A stretch of DNA of 64,000 nucleotides from assembly GCF_013315695.1 (NCBI RefSeq), contig NZ_CP054353.1; one strand, written 5' to 3'. Source of the DNA: Escherichia coli. GTDB lineage: Bacteria > Pseudomonadota > Gammaproteobacteria > Enterobacterales > Enterobacteriaceae. Shown here one piece after another: positions 19,141 to 33,121 of this stretch; the first letter of the stretch is position 1, and each line of letters starts with the position of its first letter. The position numbers were made by a program, and so were the translations under genes. A model generated the notes under the pieces. That model searched no databases. It was given only the letters and a program-made list of their open reading frames with translations, and was not told the origin of the DNA.

Positions 19141-20802
19141 TTACGCCGCAAGCAGTTCTTTCGCATTCGCCAGTGTGTTACGTGTGACTTCACTGCCACC
19201 AAGCAGGCGTGCCAGCTCTTGTAACCGCGCTTTTTTATCCAGGGATTGCATGTGCGTTTCTGTCATCGCACCATCGGTTTCTTTGCTGACAAAATAGTGT
19301 TGATGACCACATCCCGCGACTTGTGGCAGGTGGGTAACACACATCACCTGAGTTGATTCGCCAAGTTGACGCAGCAGTTTGCCGACAACTGCCGCTGTTG
19401 GGCCGCTAATCCCTACATCCACTTCATCAAAAATCAGTGCCGGGGTTTCCATTTTACGCGCCGTGATGACCTGAATTGCCAATGCGATGCGGGACAACTC
19501 ACCACCGGATGCGACTTTGGCAATAGGCTGCATTGGCTGACCTGGGTTGGTGGTTACCCGAAACTCAATACGATCAGCGCCGTCAGCGCCCAGGTGATGC
19601 TCGTCAAATTTAACATCGATCGTAAACTGCCCATGCGGCATAGAGAGTGCATGCATACTGTCGGTGATCAGCTGTGCAAGTTCTTCTGCATAGTGCTGGC
19701 GTTGCTGGTGTAACGCGCGCGCCGTTTCCAGTGCCTGCTGATGATGTTTCGTTACCGCCAGCGCGAGCGTTTCTTGTGAGTCGGCCTGATCGTCCAGTTG
19801 CTGCTGTTCTTCCAGTAGCGACTGGTAATACTGTGGCAATGCCTCAGGGCTGACGTGATGTTTACGTGCCAGCGAAATCTGTCTTGAGATGCGCTGTTCA
19901 AGTTCAAACAGTCGGTTGGGATCGAGATCCAGACGATCGCAGTAGTGGCGCAGTTCATCGCTGGCTTCAGCAATCTGGATGGTAGCTTCTTCCAGCATAT
20001 CAAGTACGCCGGACAGTTTGCTGTCCATGCCAATCAATTCGCTCACCAGTTGTTTAGCCGTGTAAAGCTGACTTTGCAGGTTTGCGTCTTCACCGTCGGC
20101 CATTACTGCCAATGCATTCTGGCTGGTAGTCAGCAATTGACCGCTGTTCGCCAGACGTTTGTACTCTTCGTCGATTTGCTCAAACTCTCCGGGCTGCGGA
20201 TTAAATTCGTTAAGTTCTTTTAATTGGTATTGCAGCAGTTCTGCACGGGCGGCGCGTTCCTGACTTAACTGTTGATGATGCGCGAGGTCACGGCAGCTTT
20301 GATGCCACAACTGATAACGTGCGGTCATTTCCTGGAGTAGAGAGGTTTCATTGGCATAGCCATCAAGCAGGAATTTTTGGTGCTCGGGTTTGGTGAGTAA
20401 CTGATGAGCGTGCTGACCATGGATCTGAATCAGCAACTGACCCAGTTCGCGCAGTTGTGAAAGAGGAACCGCTGTACCGTTGATAAAACCACGGGAGCGA
20501 CCATCGCTGCTGATTACGCGACGAAGCAAACATTCATGCCCGTCTTCAAGCTGGTTTTCTTCCAGCCAGCGCAGGGCCGCTGGCGTATCTTTCAGAGAAA
20601 AACGGGCGCACAGGTCAGCGCGAGCAGCGCCGGTACGCACCATGTCGGCTTCAGCGCGACCACCGAGACAAAGACCGAGGGCATCTATTGCAATAGATTT
20701 ACCCGCGCCGGTCTCGCCAGTTATTACGGTCATGCCGCTATGAAAATCAATCTCAAGCTCACGAACGATAGCAAAGTTGCTGATGGTCAGTTGTGCCAAC
20801 AT
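19141..20802 (-). CDS. recN: DNA repair protein RecN
   Basis: 553 aa SMC-like; Walker A GETGAGKS. Confidence 0.95.
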   Translation of the reverse strand: MLAQLTISNFAIVRELEIDFHSGMTVITGETGAGKSIAIDALGLCLGGRAEADMVRTGAARADLCARFSLKDTPAALRWLEENQLEDGHECLLRRVISSDGRSRGFINGTAVPLSQLRELGQLLIQIHGQHAHQLLTKPEHQKFLLDGYANETSLLQEMTARYQLWHQSCRDLAHHQQLSQERAARAELLQYQLKELNEFNPQPGEFEQIDEEYKRLANSGQLLTTSQNALAVMADGEDANLQSQLYTAKQLVSELIGMDSKLSGVLDMLEEATIQIAEASDELRHYCDRLDLDPNRLFELEQRISRQISLARKHHVSPEALPQYYQSLLEEQQQLDDQADSQETLALAVTKHHQQALETARALHQQRQHYAEELAQLITDSMHALSMPHGQFTIDVKFDEHHLGADGADRIEFRVTTNPGQPMQPIAKVASGGELSRIALAIQVITARKMETPALIFDEVDVGISGPTAAVVGKLLRQLGESTQVMCVTHLPQVAGCGHQHYFVSKETDGAMTETHMQSLDKKARLQELARLLGGSEVTRNTLANAKELLAA

Positions 20803-20830
20803 AGTTGTTTTCCTGTATGAAAAACCATTA

Positions 20831-20868
20831 CTGTTATTGTGTACAGTATAAACTGGTTTTATATACAG
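20831..20868 (-). promoter_or_regulatory. Overlapping LexA (SOS) boxes in recN promoter
   Basis: CTGT-N8-ACAG motifs: ctgttattgtgtacag, and ctgtatataaaaccag on minus strand. Confidence 0.7.
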
Positions 20869-20887
20869 TAAAGAGGCTGGCGTAAAA

Positions 20888-22480
<1,593 letters not shown>

Positions 22481-22488
22481 ATATCTGA

Positions 22489-22516
22489 TGGCCGACGCGA
22501 AGTCGGCCATTTTTTT
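22489..22516 (+). terminator. Rho-independent terminator after grpE
   Basis: tggccgacgcgaagtcggcca hairpin plus TTTTTTT; the T run overlaps the stop codon of the convergent acidic ORF. Confidence 0.7.
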
Positions 22517-23156
22517 AGCTTAAAAAATCCTGTACTTCCAGCCACGGCGTGTTGAAATCATCTATTTTTTTATATTCGTTCATTGGCAGAACGGCCACGT
22601 TATAACTATCTGTTCCTTCATTCAGATTGAAAATTTGGTAGCCCCGTTCATTAAGCTGGTCCTGAATGCGTCCAAAGATCTCGTCAAGGTAACGATCACC
22701 ATCTTCGCAGGCATCTGCAATTTCATCTTCCTGAGTTATGTCGATAAGCAGACTTCGTAGTGTCTCTGAGGCTGTCAGGTCTTTACACAGATCGTAGAAG
22801 CGGTCAGCAGCAAAATTTGCCAGCTCACCATCTTCTTCTTCGCCTTTCCAGTCAACAATATGGATTAATCCTTCGTTGCGTAGGATTTGTAAAAATGCCT
22901 GCCCCAATGCGTCATTTCCTAAATCGCCACCGCTGCAATTGAGAACGTCTTGCAATCCATATTCGTCTTCATCTTCGTCTTCAAAGATTTCAGGAGTGGT
23001 GGCAAGTTGAGAGACGATACCAGACCATAGCGTTGGCTCGTGGGGGAAAAACACGCTGGCGACAACGTTGAGATCGTCTTCAAAATCCTTATCCCACTCA
23101 ATTACATAATCTTCTGACATAACATCGATATCCTTTCCGAATAATTGAAATGTCAT
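22515..23156 (-). CDS. Hypothetical highly acidic protein (about 201-213 aa), function unknown
   Basis: Uninterrupted ORF, D/E-rich including EDEDEDEY; likely start at internal Met with AAGGA RBS (about 23120); region GC visibly below flanking core genes. Confidence 0.55.
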   Translation of the reverse strand: MTFQLFGKDIDVMSEDYVIEWDKDFEDDLNVVASVFFPHEPTLWSGIVSQLATTPEIFEDEDEDEYGLQDVLNCSGGDLGNDALGQAFLQILRNEGLIHIVDWKGEEEDGELANFAADRFYDLCKDLTASETLRSLLIDITQEDEIADACEDGDRYLDEIFGRIQDQLNERGYQIFNLNEGTDSYNVAVLPMNEYKKIDDFNTPWLEVQDFLS

Positions 23157-23240
23157 TATTGCATTGTGAAGTAAAAGGAAGGAATTGATGGAATCCTAAA
23201 AGGCGGCGATAAGAAAGGCGAACCGGAGCTCGCCACTGTA

Positions 23241-24503
23241 TTACTCCGCCACGCTCTCGCGTAGCGGTTTCACAGGAAAAACTTTTACCTGCTTAATCAT
23301 ATTGTCCTGAACGTCGAGAATATCAATATCGTACTCGCCAATACGCACGCGGGTGCCTGCTACCGGGATCTCCTCCAGCGCTTCCAGAATGACGCCGTTA
23401 ACAGTACGAGCATCATCTTCCGGTAGATGCCAGTTAAAGGCTTTGTTAATTTCTCGCACGTTGGCAGTGCCATCAATAATCACCGAACCGTCGTTTTGTG
23501 GCGTAACTTCTTCGGCAAGTGTTGGCGACATCGACGTGGTGAAATCGCCGACAATCTCTTCCAGAATATCTTCAACCGTCACCAGCCCCTGAATGTCTCC
23601 ATACTCGTTGACGACCAGGCCGACTTTCTTTTTGTTGCGCTGAAACTTCACCAACTGCGTGCTGAGCGGCGTACCTTCCGGGACAAAATAGATCTCGTCC
23701 GCGGCGCGTAGCATGGTTTCTTTGGTGAACTCTTTTTTCTCCGACATGAGTCGCCAGGCTTCACGCACACGCAGCATACTGATGGCGTCGTCCAACGAGT
23801 CACGGTAGAGCACGATACGTCCGTGAGGTGAGTGGGAGAGTTGGCGCAGAATCGATTTCCAGTCATCGTTGATATCAATACCGATAATTTCACTGCGCGG
23901 CACCATGATGTCATCGACGGTCATCTTTTCCAGATCGAGAACCGAAAGCAGCATATCCTGATTGCGACGGGAAATTTGTGAGCGCGATTCGTGCACGATG
24001 GTGCGCAACTCTTCTTTGCTCAAAGAGCCGCTAACCACGATATCGGTTTTGATGCCCATCATGCGCATTAACATGCGGGTAATAGCATTCAGCAACCAGA
24101 CCAGCGGCATCATCAAAATTTGCAGCGGAGCCAGCAGAAAACTACTCGGATAAGCGACTTTTTCCGGGTACAGCGCGGCAATGGTTTTCGGCAATACCTC
24201 AGCAAAAACCAGTACGACAAAAGTCAGCACACCAGTCGCAATTGCCACGCCCGCATCGCCGTACAAACGCATCCCAACAATAGTGCCGAGCGCGGAGGCA
24301 AGAATATTGACCAGGTTATTGCCGATTAACACCAGGCTAATCAGGCGGTCTGGCTTACGCAGCAATTTTTCGACGCGTTTGGCCGAGCGATTACCCTGTT
24401 TCGCCATATGTCGCAGACGATAGCGGTTGAGGGTCATCATTCCGGTTTCGGACCCGGAAAAATAGGCTGAAATGACCACCATGATGATCAGAATAATGAT
24501 CAA
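23241..24503 (-). CDS. yfjD: CorC/CNNM-family inner-membrane protein YfjD (DUF21-CBS-CorC_HlyC)
   Basis: 420 aa; N-terminal TM helices, CBS pair, C-terminal transporter-associated domain. Confidence 0.85.
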   Translation of the reverse strand: MIIILIIMVVISAYFSGSETGMMTLNRYRLRHMAKQGNRSAKRVEKLLRKPDRLISLVLIGNNLVNILASALGTIVGMRLYGDAGVAIATGVLTFVVLVFAEVLPKTIAALYPEKVAYPSSFLLAPLQILMMPLVWLLNAITRMLMRMMGIKTDIVVSGSLSKEELRTIVHESRSQISRRNQDMLLSVLDLEKMTVDDIMVPRSEIIGIDINDDWKSILRQLSHSPHGRIVLYRDSLDDAISMLRVREAWRLMSEKKEFTKETMLRAADEIYFVPEGTPLSTQLVKFQRNKKKVGLVVNEYGDIQGLVTVEDILEEIVGDFTTSMSPTLAEEVTPQNDGSVIIDGTANVREINKAFNWHLPEDDARTVNGVILEALEEIPVAGTRVRIGEYDIDILDVQDNMIKQVKVFPVKPLRESVAE

Positions 24504-24547
24504 CGTAGTAGTAGAAATGTGTTCCAGGGGAAACTCCTTTTCTGGGT

Positions 24548-25339
24548 TTAGCTGATTAACTGCTGGACAATTCGGCTGCCGAAGTAGGCCAGTGTCAGAA
24601 TGACTGCACCCGCAACGTTAAACCAGACGACGCGGCGTCCACGCCATCCTTCATGATAATGTCCCCACAGCAGCACAATATAGACAAACCACGCCACGAT
24701 AGAGAGCACTGCCTTGTCGATATTTTCCATGCTAAATAAGTTGTGCATGTAGAACAGGCCAGTGCAAAGAGTGAGCGTTAGCAGCACCACGCCAATCTGC
24801 GTGATGTGGAACATTTTACGCTCGATACTCATCAATGGCGGCATTTCCTGGTTAAACGCCAGTTTCTTGTTCTTCAGTTGGTAATCAATCCACGCCAGTT
24901 GCAGCGCGTACAGGGCGGCGATAATTAGCGTGGCATAGGAAAAGAGCGATAAGCCAATGTGCACCAGCATCCCAGGCGTTGCTTCCAGATGGGTGATGTA
25001 TTCATTGGGCATGAAGGTCGCCAGCGCCAGGTTGATAAGCGCAAAGGCATAGACAATGGGTAGCAGCAACCAGCCACGATTGCGAGAAGCCACAATGGTC
25101 ATTACCGTACAGATCATCAAACTGACCAATGAACCAACGTTCAGCAGGCTGAGGTTTTGTCCGCTATCACCGTCGGGCAGGATGCGGGCTTCCAGAGCGA
25201 TTGCGTGGCAGACCAGCGCAATGACCGCAGAAATAATAGCCATGCGCCGCCAGCCGCCGTTTTTTTGCAGCAGACCGGGAACAATCAGCGCAAGACTGAC
25301 GGAGTAGGCGACAAGCGCGAGCAGAGCAAAAACGGGCAT
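24548..25339 (-). CDS. ypjD: Inner-membrane protein YpjD (cytochrome c assembly-like)
   Basis: Multi-TM protein, about 263 aa from internal Met (track ORF extends to 25414). Confidence 0.8.
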   Translation of the reverse strand: MPVFALLALVAYSVSLALIVPGLLQKNGGWRRMAIISAVIALVCHAIALEARILPDGDSGQNLSLLNVGSLVSLMICTVMTIVASRNRGWLLLPIVYAFALINLALATFMPNEYITHLEATPGMLVHIGLSLFSYATLIIAALYALQLAWIDYQLKNKKLAFNQEMPPLMSIERKMFHITQIGVVLLTLTLCTGLFYMHNLFSMENIDKAVLSIVAWFVYIVLLWGHYHEGWRGRRVVWFNVAGAVILTLAYFGSRIVQQLIS

Positions 25340-25505
25340 AGTAATGTCGACAGTTTGAGCAATAAGAAAGAGAAGCAGTATAGCGTCAGGTGAACGCTGC
25401 TCCAACCGTTGCATAACAACAAAGACGCCTTCATGTTATACTGCGGCAAAATACTGATGATGTGTCGCGATTGCGGCCAACCGTTTCCACCCCAGGCGAG
25501 AGACA

Positions 25506-26867
25506 ATGTTTGATAATTTAACCGATCGTTTGTCGCGCACGCTGCGCAATATCAGTGGCCGTGGACGCCTCACTGAAGACAACGTAAAAGATACGCTGCG
25601 CGAAGTGCGCATGGCGCTGCTGGAGGCGGACGTCGCCCTGCCGGTAGTGCGTGAGTTTATCAATCGCGTAAAAGAGAAAGCGGTTGGTCATGAAGTTAAT
25701 AAGAGCCTGACGCCGGGGCAGGAGTTCGTCAAAATCGTCCGTAACGAACTGGTTGCGGCGATGGGCGAAGAGAACCAGACCCTGAATCTGGCTGCGCAAC
25801 CGCCAGCGGTGGTACTGATGGCGGGCCTGCAAGGTGCCGGTAAAACAACCAGCGTGGGCAAGCTCGGTAAGTTCCTGCGTGAGAAGCACAAGAAAAAAGT
25901 GTTGGTGGTTTCTGCCGACGTTTATCGTCCGGCGGCAATCAAACAGCTGGAGACGCTGGCAGAGCAGGTGGGCGTTGATTTCTTCCCTTCTGATGTTGGT
26001 CAGAAGCCGGTAGATATCGTTAACGCGGCGCTGAAAGAAGCCAAACTGAAATTCTACGACGTGCTGCTGGTGGATACCGCCGGTCGTCTGCACGTTGACG
26101 AAGCGATGATGGACGAGATCAAACAAGTCCATGCGTCGATTAATCCGGTTGAAACCCTGTTTGTGGTTGATGCCATGACTGGTCAGGATGCGGCCAATAC
26201 GGCAAAAGCATTCAATGAAGCGTTACCGCTTACTGGTGTAGTGTTGACCAAAGTGGACGGCGATGCCCGCGGTGGTGCGGCGCTCTCTATTCGTCACATC
26301 ACTGGCAAACCGATCAAGTTCCTCGGTGTTGGCGAGAAAACTGAGGCGCTGGAGCCGTTCCATCCGGACCGCATCGCGTCGCGTATTCTCGGCATGGGCG
26401 ACGTACTGTCACTGATCGAAGATATTGAAAGCAAAGTTGACCGCGCGCAGGCAGAGAAATTAGCCAGCAAGCTGAAAAAAGGCGACGGCTTCGATCTCAA
26501 CGACTTTCTTGAGCAGCTGCGCCAGATGAAAAATATGGGCGGCATGGCTAGCCTGATGGGCAAGCTGCCGGGCATGGGGCAGATCCCGGATAACGTCAAG
26601 TCGCAGATGGACGATAAAGTGCTGGTGCGTATGGAAGCCATCATCAACTCGATGACGATGAAAGAGCGCGCTAAGCCAGAAATCATCAAAGGTTCGCGTA
26701 AGCGTCGTATCGCCGCCGGTTGCGGGATGCAGGTACAGGACGTTAACCGCCTTCTGAAACAGTTCGACGACATGCAGCGCATGATGAAGAAAATGAAGAA
26801 GGGCGGGATGGCGAAGATGATGAGAAGCATGAAAGGGATGATGCCGCCGGGATTTCCTGGTCGCTAA
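25506..26867 (+). CDS. ffh: Signal recognition particle protein Ffh
   Basis: 453 aa; GTPase motifs GLQGAGKTT, DTAGR, TKVDG; Met-rich C-terminus. Confidence 0.95.
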   Translation: MFDNLTDRLSRTLRNISGRGRLTEDNVKDTLREVRMALLEADVALPVVREFINRVKEKAVGHEVNKSLTPGQEFVKIVRNELVAAMGEENQTLNLAAQPPAVVLMAGLQGAGKTTSVGKLGKFLREKHKKKVLVVSADVYRPAAIKQLETLAEQVGVDFFPSDVGQKPVDIVNAALKEAKLKFYDVLLVDTAGRLHVDEAMMDEIKQVHASINPVETLFVVDAMTGQDAANTAKAFNEALPLTGVVLTKVDGDARGGAALSIRHITGKPIKFLGVGEKTEALEPFHPDRIASRILGMGDVLSLIEDIESKVDRAQAEKLASKLKKGDGFDLNDFLEQLRQMKNMGGMASLMGKLPGMGQIPDNVKSQMDDKVLVRMEAIINSMTMKERAKPEIIKGSRKRRIAAGCGMQVQDVNRLLKQFDDMQRMMKKMKKGGMAKMMRSMKGMMPPGFPGR

Positions 26868-26925
26868 ATGACCTTATGCGACAGAGTTATTAACTGCTGA
26901 TTGCATTTTCTCCAGAAATCAGTAA

Positions 26926-27252
<327 letters not shown>

Positions 27253-27270
27253 TCTGTCACGGTGGTCATG

Positions 27271-27819
27271 ATGAGCAAACAACTCACCGCGCAAGCACCT
27301 GTTGATCCCATCGTTTTGGGAAAAATGGGTTCGTCTTACGGTATTCGTGGGTGGCTCAGAGTGTTTTCTTCCACCGAAGACGCCGAAAGCATTTTTGACT
27401 ATCAGCCCTGGTTTATCCAGAAGGCGGGTCAGTGGCAGCAAGTCCAGCTGGAAAGCTGGAAGCACCACAATCAGGACATGATCATCAAGCTGAAAGGCGT
27501 TGACGATCGTGATGCGGCGAACCTGCTGACGAATTGTGAAATTGTCGTGGATTCATCGCAGTTGCCTCAGCTTGAAGAGGGTGACTACTACTGGAAAGAC
27601 TTGATGGGCTGCCAGGTAGTAACCACTGAAGGCTACGATCTCGGTAAAGTCGTCGATATGATGGAAACCGGATCTAATGACGTTCTCGTCATTAAGGCAA
27701 ACCTGAAAGATGCGTTTGGTATCAAGGAACGTCTCGTACCGTTCCTCGATGGGCAGGTTATCAAGAAAGTCGATCTCACTACTCGTTCAATCGAAGTAGA
27801 TTGGGATCCTGGTTTTTAA
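27271..27819 (+). CDS. rimM: Ribosome maturation factor RimM
   Basis: 182 aa from MSKQLTAQ. Confidence 0.9.
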
Positions 27820-27849
27820 ACCACCGGATAAACGGTAAAAGACGGCGCT

Positions 27850-28617
27850 ATGTGGATTGGCATAATTAGCCTGTTTCCTGAAATGTTCCGCGCAATTACC
27901 GATTACGGGGTAACTGGCCGGGCAGTTAAAAATGGCCTGCTGAGCATCCAGAGCTGGAGTCCTCGCGACTTCACGCATGACCGGCACCGTACCGTGGACG
28001 ATCGTCCTTACGGCGGCGGACCGGGGATGTTAATGATGGTGCAACCCTTGCGGGACGCCATTCATGCAGCAAAAGCCGCGGCGGGTGAAGGCGCAAAGGT
28101 GATTTATCTGTCACCACAGGGACGCAAGCTTGATCAAGCGGGCGTCAGCGAACTGGCAACGAATCAAAAATTGATTCTGGTGTGCGGTCGCTACGAAGGT
28201 ATAGATGAGCGCGTGATCCAAACCGAAATTGACGAAGAATGGTCAATCGGCGATTACGTTCTCAGTGGTGGTGAGTTACCAGCAATGACGCTGATTGACT
28301 CCGTTTCCCGGTTTATTCCGGGAGTACTGGGACATGAAGCCTCGGCAACGGAAGATTCCTTTGCTGAAGGATTGCTGGATTGCCCGCACTATACGCGGCC
28401 TGAGGTGTTAGAAGGGATGGAAGTTCCGCCAGTGTTACTGTCGGGCAACCATGCCGAGATACGTCGCTGGCGTTTGAAACACTCGCTGGGCCGTACCTGG
28501 CTTAGAAGACCTGAACTTCTGGAAAACCTGGCTCTGACTGAAGAGCAAGCAAGGTTGCTGGCGGAGTTCAAAACGGAACACGCACAACAGCAACATAAAC
28601 ATGATGGGATGGCGTAA
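27850..28617 (+). CDS. trmD: tRNA (guanine37-N1)-methyltransferase TrmD
   Basis: 255 aa [13 protein letters not shown]. Confidence 0.95.
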   Translation: MWIGIISLFPEMFRAITDYGVTGRAVKNGLLSIQSWSPRDFTHDRHRTVDDRPYGGGPGMLMMVQPLRDAIHAAKAAAGEGAKVIYLSPQGRKLDQAGVSELATNQKLILVCGRYEGIDERVIQTEIDEEWSIGDYVLSGGELPAMTLIDSVSRFIPGVLGHEASATEDSFAEGLLDCPHYTRPEVLEGMEVPPVLLSGNHAEIRRWRLKHSLGRTWLRRPELLENLALTEEQARLLAEFKTEHAQQQHKHDGMA

Positions 28618-28655
28618 GCCCCCGAGATATCAGTTTACCCAGGATAAGAGATTAA

Positions 28656-29006
<351 letters not shown>

Positions 29007-29036
29007 GATTTCGCTAAAGCGACATCCTGTTAAGAA

Positions 29037-29068
29037 GGGCTGGCCAATTGGCTGGCCCTTTTTTTATC
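29037..29068 (+). terminator. Rho-independent terminator of rpsP-rimM-trmD-rplS operon
   Basis: GC-rich imperfect hairpin gggctggccaattggctggccc followed by TTTTTTT. Confidence 0.55.
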
Positions 29069-29082
29069 TGTTTGCTCGTGTT

Positions 29083-29565
29083 TTAAGGGGTTGTAATCAC
29101 CACTGCGACGCGGCGGTTCTCGGCGCGGCCCTGGGCGGTCTTGTTACTGGCTATGGGATATTTTTTTCCTAAACCCTGTGTGGTGAGATTGCTGCGCGGA
29201 ATTTGTCCACCCATAGCCCATGCATCGGCCACGACATTCGCCCGTTTTAATGATAAGACTTCGTTGTAACTGTCTTCACCATAGTTGTCGGTGTGTCCAT
29301 CCATACGGGCATGTGTTAGCCCTGTCGAGGCCAATTTGGCTGCCATGGTTTGGATTTGTTGCTGGCTTTCCGGGAGCAATTTGTAGTCATTTTTTGCGAA
29401 CAGAATGGCATCTGATAAGCCCAGCGACCAGTCGCCGGCGGATTCAGTAAATCCATAAGATTGCATAGCGGCGACTTGCTCAGGAGTAAACTTTCCCTGA
29501 GGGGACTGGCAGCCAGTAAGTATTAGCGAGGTGAAAATCAGGGGTGCTACCAGGTGCTTTATCAT
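29083..29565 (-). CDS. yfiB: OmpA-family lipoprotein YfiB
   Basis: 160 aa, lipobox LTGC, OmpA-like C-terminus. Confidence 0.9.
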   Translation of the reverse strand: MIKHLVAPLIFTSLILTGCQSPQGKFTPEQVAAMQSYGFTESAGDWSLGLSDAILFAKNDYKLLPESQQQIQTMAAKLASTGLTHARMDGHTDNYGEDSYNEVLSLKRANVVADAWAMGGQIPRSNLTTQGLGKKYPIASNKTAQGRAENRRVAVVITTP

Positions 29566-29580
29566 ATCGATATATCCTTG

Positions 29581-30807
29581 TTATCTCACCAGCTTTTCGG
29601 CACGCTGGTGTTTGGCCTGATACATATTGTGATCGGCAAGCTCTTGTAAATTTTCCGCAGAGGCGTGCTCAATGGTCATCGCGTAACCAATGCTTAATGT
29701 CATGGTAGTCTGATGGCCATTATGAAGATCAAACGGGAGATTAAAAATTTGTGTCAGTGCTGAGCATATCTGCTGCACTTCAGATTCCGATTGTACATCA
29801 TAGAGCACCATAGCGAATTCATCGCCGCCCAGGCGGTATGCTTTATGTCGCAGCCCGCCAAATTCAGTTAACCGTTTTGCTATTTCAATCAAGACTCTAT
29901 CGCCCGTCGCATGACCCCAGGTATCATTGATATATTTGAAATTATCGCCATCAAGAAATAGTAACGCCGACGTTTTTCGGGCATCGGAATTGTTCATCAA
30001 CGTGTTGATGCCGCTACGAAACGCTGCGCGGTTAGCCAGCCCGGTTAATGGGTCATGTAGCGCGGTACGTAGAAGCTGCGCATTTTTGGCCTGTAAACGA
30101 AGCTGCCACTCTTCCATTTCATCCAGCAGACTGTTGAAGTCGAGAGCGAAGCGGTGAAACTCAGCGATACGTTCTTCCGAAACTCGTCGGGAAAAATTGC
30201 GGTTAGAACGCACATCATGTACGACATCGGTGATATTTTTCAGCGCTTCCACCAGGCCATTGTGCAAATGGCGGGTGAGGGTAATTGCGATGCCTGATGC
30301 CAGCAGAATACAACCGGTCAGGACAGCGAGCGAAAACCAGATAAAATGGCTGATTGAACTGTCGCGAGCAGTTAAGCGTACTTCGCCAATGGTTTCACCA
30401 TTGTGACGAATCGGCTGAGTGATGGGGGCAGGGAAGAGCCAGTGGCTTATGAAATTGCTGAAAGTATCGCCTGGATCCTTACGGGTGTAATGCCAGGATG
30501 CCAGAATATTTTGCTGCTTATCACGCACTTCTGCAGTTGAAAATTGCCCTTGCTTCCCCAGCGCTGCCAGTGTTTGAGTTGCTGCAGGGCCATCGGCAAA
30601 AACGACCGCTGCTTCCAGACTGTAAGTCATTGTTGCTGCTGTCAGTGCCAGGTTTTTTTGCGCGTACTGTTTCAGGGTCAGCACCGAGGTCACGGAAAGC
30701 AGCAACCAGATCAGCATCATAGTGATAAATATGCTGGTCATACTGATGTTGCGTAATGCTCTTTTAAACGTGGGGCGCTTATTAAGAGAATTATCGTTAT
30801 CCATCAT
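29581..30807 (-). CDS. dgcN: Diguanylate cyclase DgcN (YfiN)
   Basis: 408 aa; TM-HAMP-GGDEF with GGDEF motif. Confidence 0.9.
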   Translation of the reverse strand: MMDNDNSLNKRPTFKRALRNISMTSIFITMMLIWLLLSVTSVLTLKQYAQKNLALTAATMTYSLEAAVVFADGPAATQTLAALGKQGQFSTAEVRDKQQNILASWHYTRKDPGDTFSNFISHWLFPAPITQPIRHNGETIGEVRLTARDSSISHFIWFSLAVLTGCILLASGIAITLTRHLHNGLVEALKNITDVVHDVRSNRNFSRRVSEERIAEFHRFALDFNSLLDEMEEWQLRLQAKNAQLLRTALHDPLTGLANRAAFRSGINTLMNNSDARKTSALLFLDGDNFKYINDTWGHATGDRVLIEIAKRLTEFGGLRHKAYRLGGDEFAMVLYDVQSESEVQQICSALTQIFNLPFDLHNGHQTTMTLSIGYAMTIEHASAENLQELADHNMYQAKHQRAEKLVR

Positions 30808-31315
30808 TTTTCTTCCGTGCGAGCATTAAGACATCCGGGTTGACCTTTACACCGCTACGCGATAAGGCATCCAGGTTTACGGCAAATCTGACGTCATTAT
30901 TGTGGATGATTAGACAAAAGGCGCTACCAATAATGCATTCGGTATTTTGTTCGGCAATTAATAATAACGCCTTTGACGGATATTGTTCGGTTAATTCCAT
31001 CTGGAATATCGGTGACTCGTTGCCAAAATAAAAACCATTGCAGCCTGAAATCATCGCCTCTTGTTGAGTGTGAATGATGACAGGTAGATAAGGCAAAGAT
31101 GTCGTGCCATTCTCTTGTAGGGCGTTACTAAAATGTGAAGATGAAAAGATACATAACTTTGGTGGCCCTGATAGCGCAGGCCAGCGGGTGTAACTGACAA
31201 TACCGGAAACCATCATACGCACGTTTTTCGCAACGTCAGAAGGTTCCTGAGCGAGTATTGGTGCTCCCGTCAGCAGGAGAATCAGCAGTAAGAACAGTCG
31301 GTGAGAAAAACGCAT
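30797..31315 (-). CDS. yfiR: Periplasmic repressor of DgcN, YfiR
   Basis: 172 aa with signal peptide; overlaps dgcN start. Confidence 0.85.
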   Translation of the reverse strand: MRFSHRLFLLLILLLTGAPILAQEPSDVAKNVRMMVSGIVSYTRWPALSGPPKLCIFSSSHFSNALQENGTTSLPYLPVIIHTQQEAMISGCNGFYFGNESPIFQMELTEQYPSKALLLIAEQNTECIIGSAFCLIIHNNDVRFAVNLDALSRSGVKVNPDVLMLARKKNDG

Positions 31316-31464
31316 TCAGGGATCCTCACCATCTTCGCTCGAAATGCATCGATATTTTTTAAGAATGCTCATTAAAATATCATTCTTTCATGCGGTCGTC
31401 ATCAATGTGAGAAATAAAACACAATGAGTAGAATCTCATGTTTAATTTATTTGTGGGGGTTTAA

Positions 31465-31830
31465 TTAATTTAATCGTATTGTGCTGGCATTTTCATCAGC
31501 CCCTTTTTGCCATACTTCATGCAGTTGGCTGGCATTTTCAACATTGTTGCAGCTGGCAGGAAAGCTTTTACCGGAAAGTCCTCGGGCATAAGTAAAATCG
31601 GTCTGGCAAGTTTTCTTTTGTCCTTCGGCATATCCTTTAAGGTATAGACCGCGATCCGCCTGTGAATCGCTAAATGCATCGTCATCTTTTATGGCGTTGC
31701 CCGATATCGCATCTTCCATACCAACATCATACCAGTCGGTGCTGGTCAAGGTTGGCGCGTGAGTATAAGGATCAATCTGACATCCGCTAACCAGTAAAGC
31801 CAACAAGGGGGCGATAAACTTTTTCATCAT
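31465..31830 (-). CDS. yfiL: Lipoprotein YfiL
   Basis: About 121 aa from MMKKF; lipobox LVSGC. Confidence 0.75.
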   Translation of the reverse strand: MMKKFIAPLLALLVSGCQIDPYTHAPTLTSTDWYDVGMEDAISGNAIKDDDAFSDSQADRGLYLKGYAEGQKKTCQTDFTYARGLSGKSFPASCNNVENASQLHEVWQKGADENASTIRLN

Positions 31831-31876
31831 TTCTTTCTCCTTTTTCAAAGCATAGCGGATTGTTTTCAAAAGGTGG

Positions 31877-31946
31877 TGTAAATTTATTTATACATAAACA
31901 AGGGTTAAAAGCGCGAATAAATTGTTTGTGTAAAGAAAAATGTACG
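31877..31946 (+). promoter_or_regulatory. TyrR boxes in aroF promoter
   Basis: tgtaaatttatttataca at 31877-31894 (TGTAAA-N6-TTTACA-like) and tgtaaagaaaaatgtacg at 31929-31946. Confidence 0.65.
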
Positions 31947-32040
31947 AAATATGGATTGAAAACTTTACTTTATGTGTTATCGTTACGTCATCCTCGCTGA
32001 GGATCAACTATCGCAAACGAGCATAAACAGGATCGCCATC

Positions 32041-33111
32041 ATGCAAAAAGACGCGCTGAATAACGTACATATTACCGACGAACAAGTTTTAATGACTCCG
32101 GAACAACTGAAGGCCGCTTTTCCATTAAGCCTGCAACAGGAAGCCCAGATTGCTGACTCGCGTAAAACCATTTCAGATATTATCGCCGGGCGCGATCCTC
32201 GTCTGTTGGTAGTATGTGGTCCTTGTTCCATTCATGATCCGGAAACTGCTCTGGAATATGCTCGTCGATTTAAAGCCCTTGCCGCAGAGGTCAGCGATAG
32301 CCTCTATCTGGTAATGCGCGTCTATTTTGAAAAACCCCGTACCACTGTCGGTTGGAAAGGGTTGATTAACGATCCCCATATGGATGGCTCTTTTGATGTA
32401 GAAGCCGGGCTGCAGATCGCGCGTAAATTGCTGCTTGAGCTGGTGAATATGGGACTGCCACTGGCGACGGAAGCGTTAGATCCGAATAGCCCGCAATACC
32501 TGGGCGATCTGTTTAGCTGGTCAGCAATTGGTGCTCGTACAACGGAATCGCAAACACACCGTGAAATGGCCTCCGGGCTTTCCATGCCGGTTGGTTTTAA
32601 AAACGGCACCGACGGCAGCCTTGCAACGGCTATTAACGCTATGCGTGCCGCCGCCCAGCCGCACCGTTTTGTTGGCATTAACCAGGCAGGGCAGGTTGCG
32701 TTGCTACAAACTCAGGGGAATCCGGACGGGCATGTGATCCTGCGCGGTGGTAAAGCGCCGAACTATAGCCCTGCGGATGTTGCGCAATGTGAAAAAGAGA
32801 TGGAACAGGCGGGACTGCGCCCGTCTCTGATGGTAGATTGCAGCCACGGTAATTCCAATAAAGATTATCGCCGTCAGCCTGCGGTGGCAGAATCCGTGGT
32901 TGCTCAAATCAAAGATGGCAATCGCTCAATTATTGGTCTGATGATCGAAAGTAATATCCACGAGGGCAATCAGTCTTCCGAGCAACCGCGCAGTGAAATG
33001 AAATACGGTGTATCCGTAACCGATGCCTGCATTAGTTGGGAAATGACCGATGCCTTGCTGCGTGAAATTCATCAGGATCTGAACGGGCAGCTGACGGCTC
33101 GCGTGGCTTAA
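32041..33111 (+). CDS. aroF: Tyr-sensitive DAHP synthase AroF
   Basis: 356 aa from [15 protein letters not shown]. Confidence 0.95.
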   Translation: MQKDALNNVHITDEQVLMTPEQLKAAFPLSLQQEAQIADSRKTISDIIAGRDPRLLVVCGPCSIHDPETALEYARRFKALAAEVSDSLYLVMRVYFEKPRTTVGWKGLINDPHMDGSFDVEAGLQIARKLLLELVNMGLPLATEALDPNSPQYLGDLFSWSAIGARTTESQTHREMASGLSMPVGFKNGTDGSLATAINAMRAAAQPHRFVGINQAGQVALLQTQGNPDGHVILRGGKAPNYSPADVAQCEKEMEQAGLRPSLMVDCSHGNSNKDYRRQPAVAESVVAQIKDGNRSIIGLMIESNIHEGNQSSEQPRSEMKYGVSVTDACISWEMTDALLREIHQDLNGQLTARVA

Positions 33112-33121
33112 GAGGTTTATT

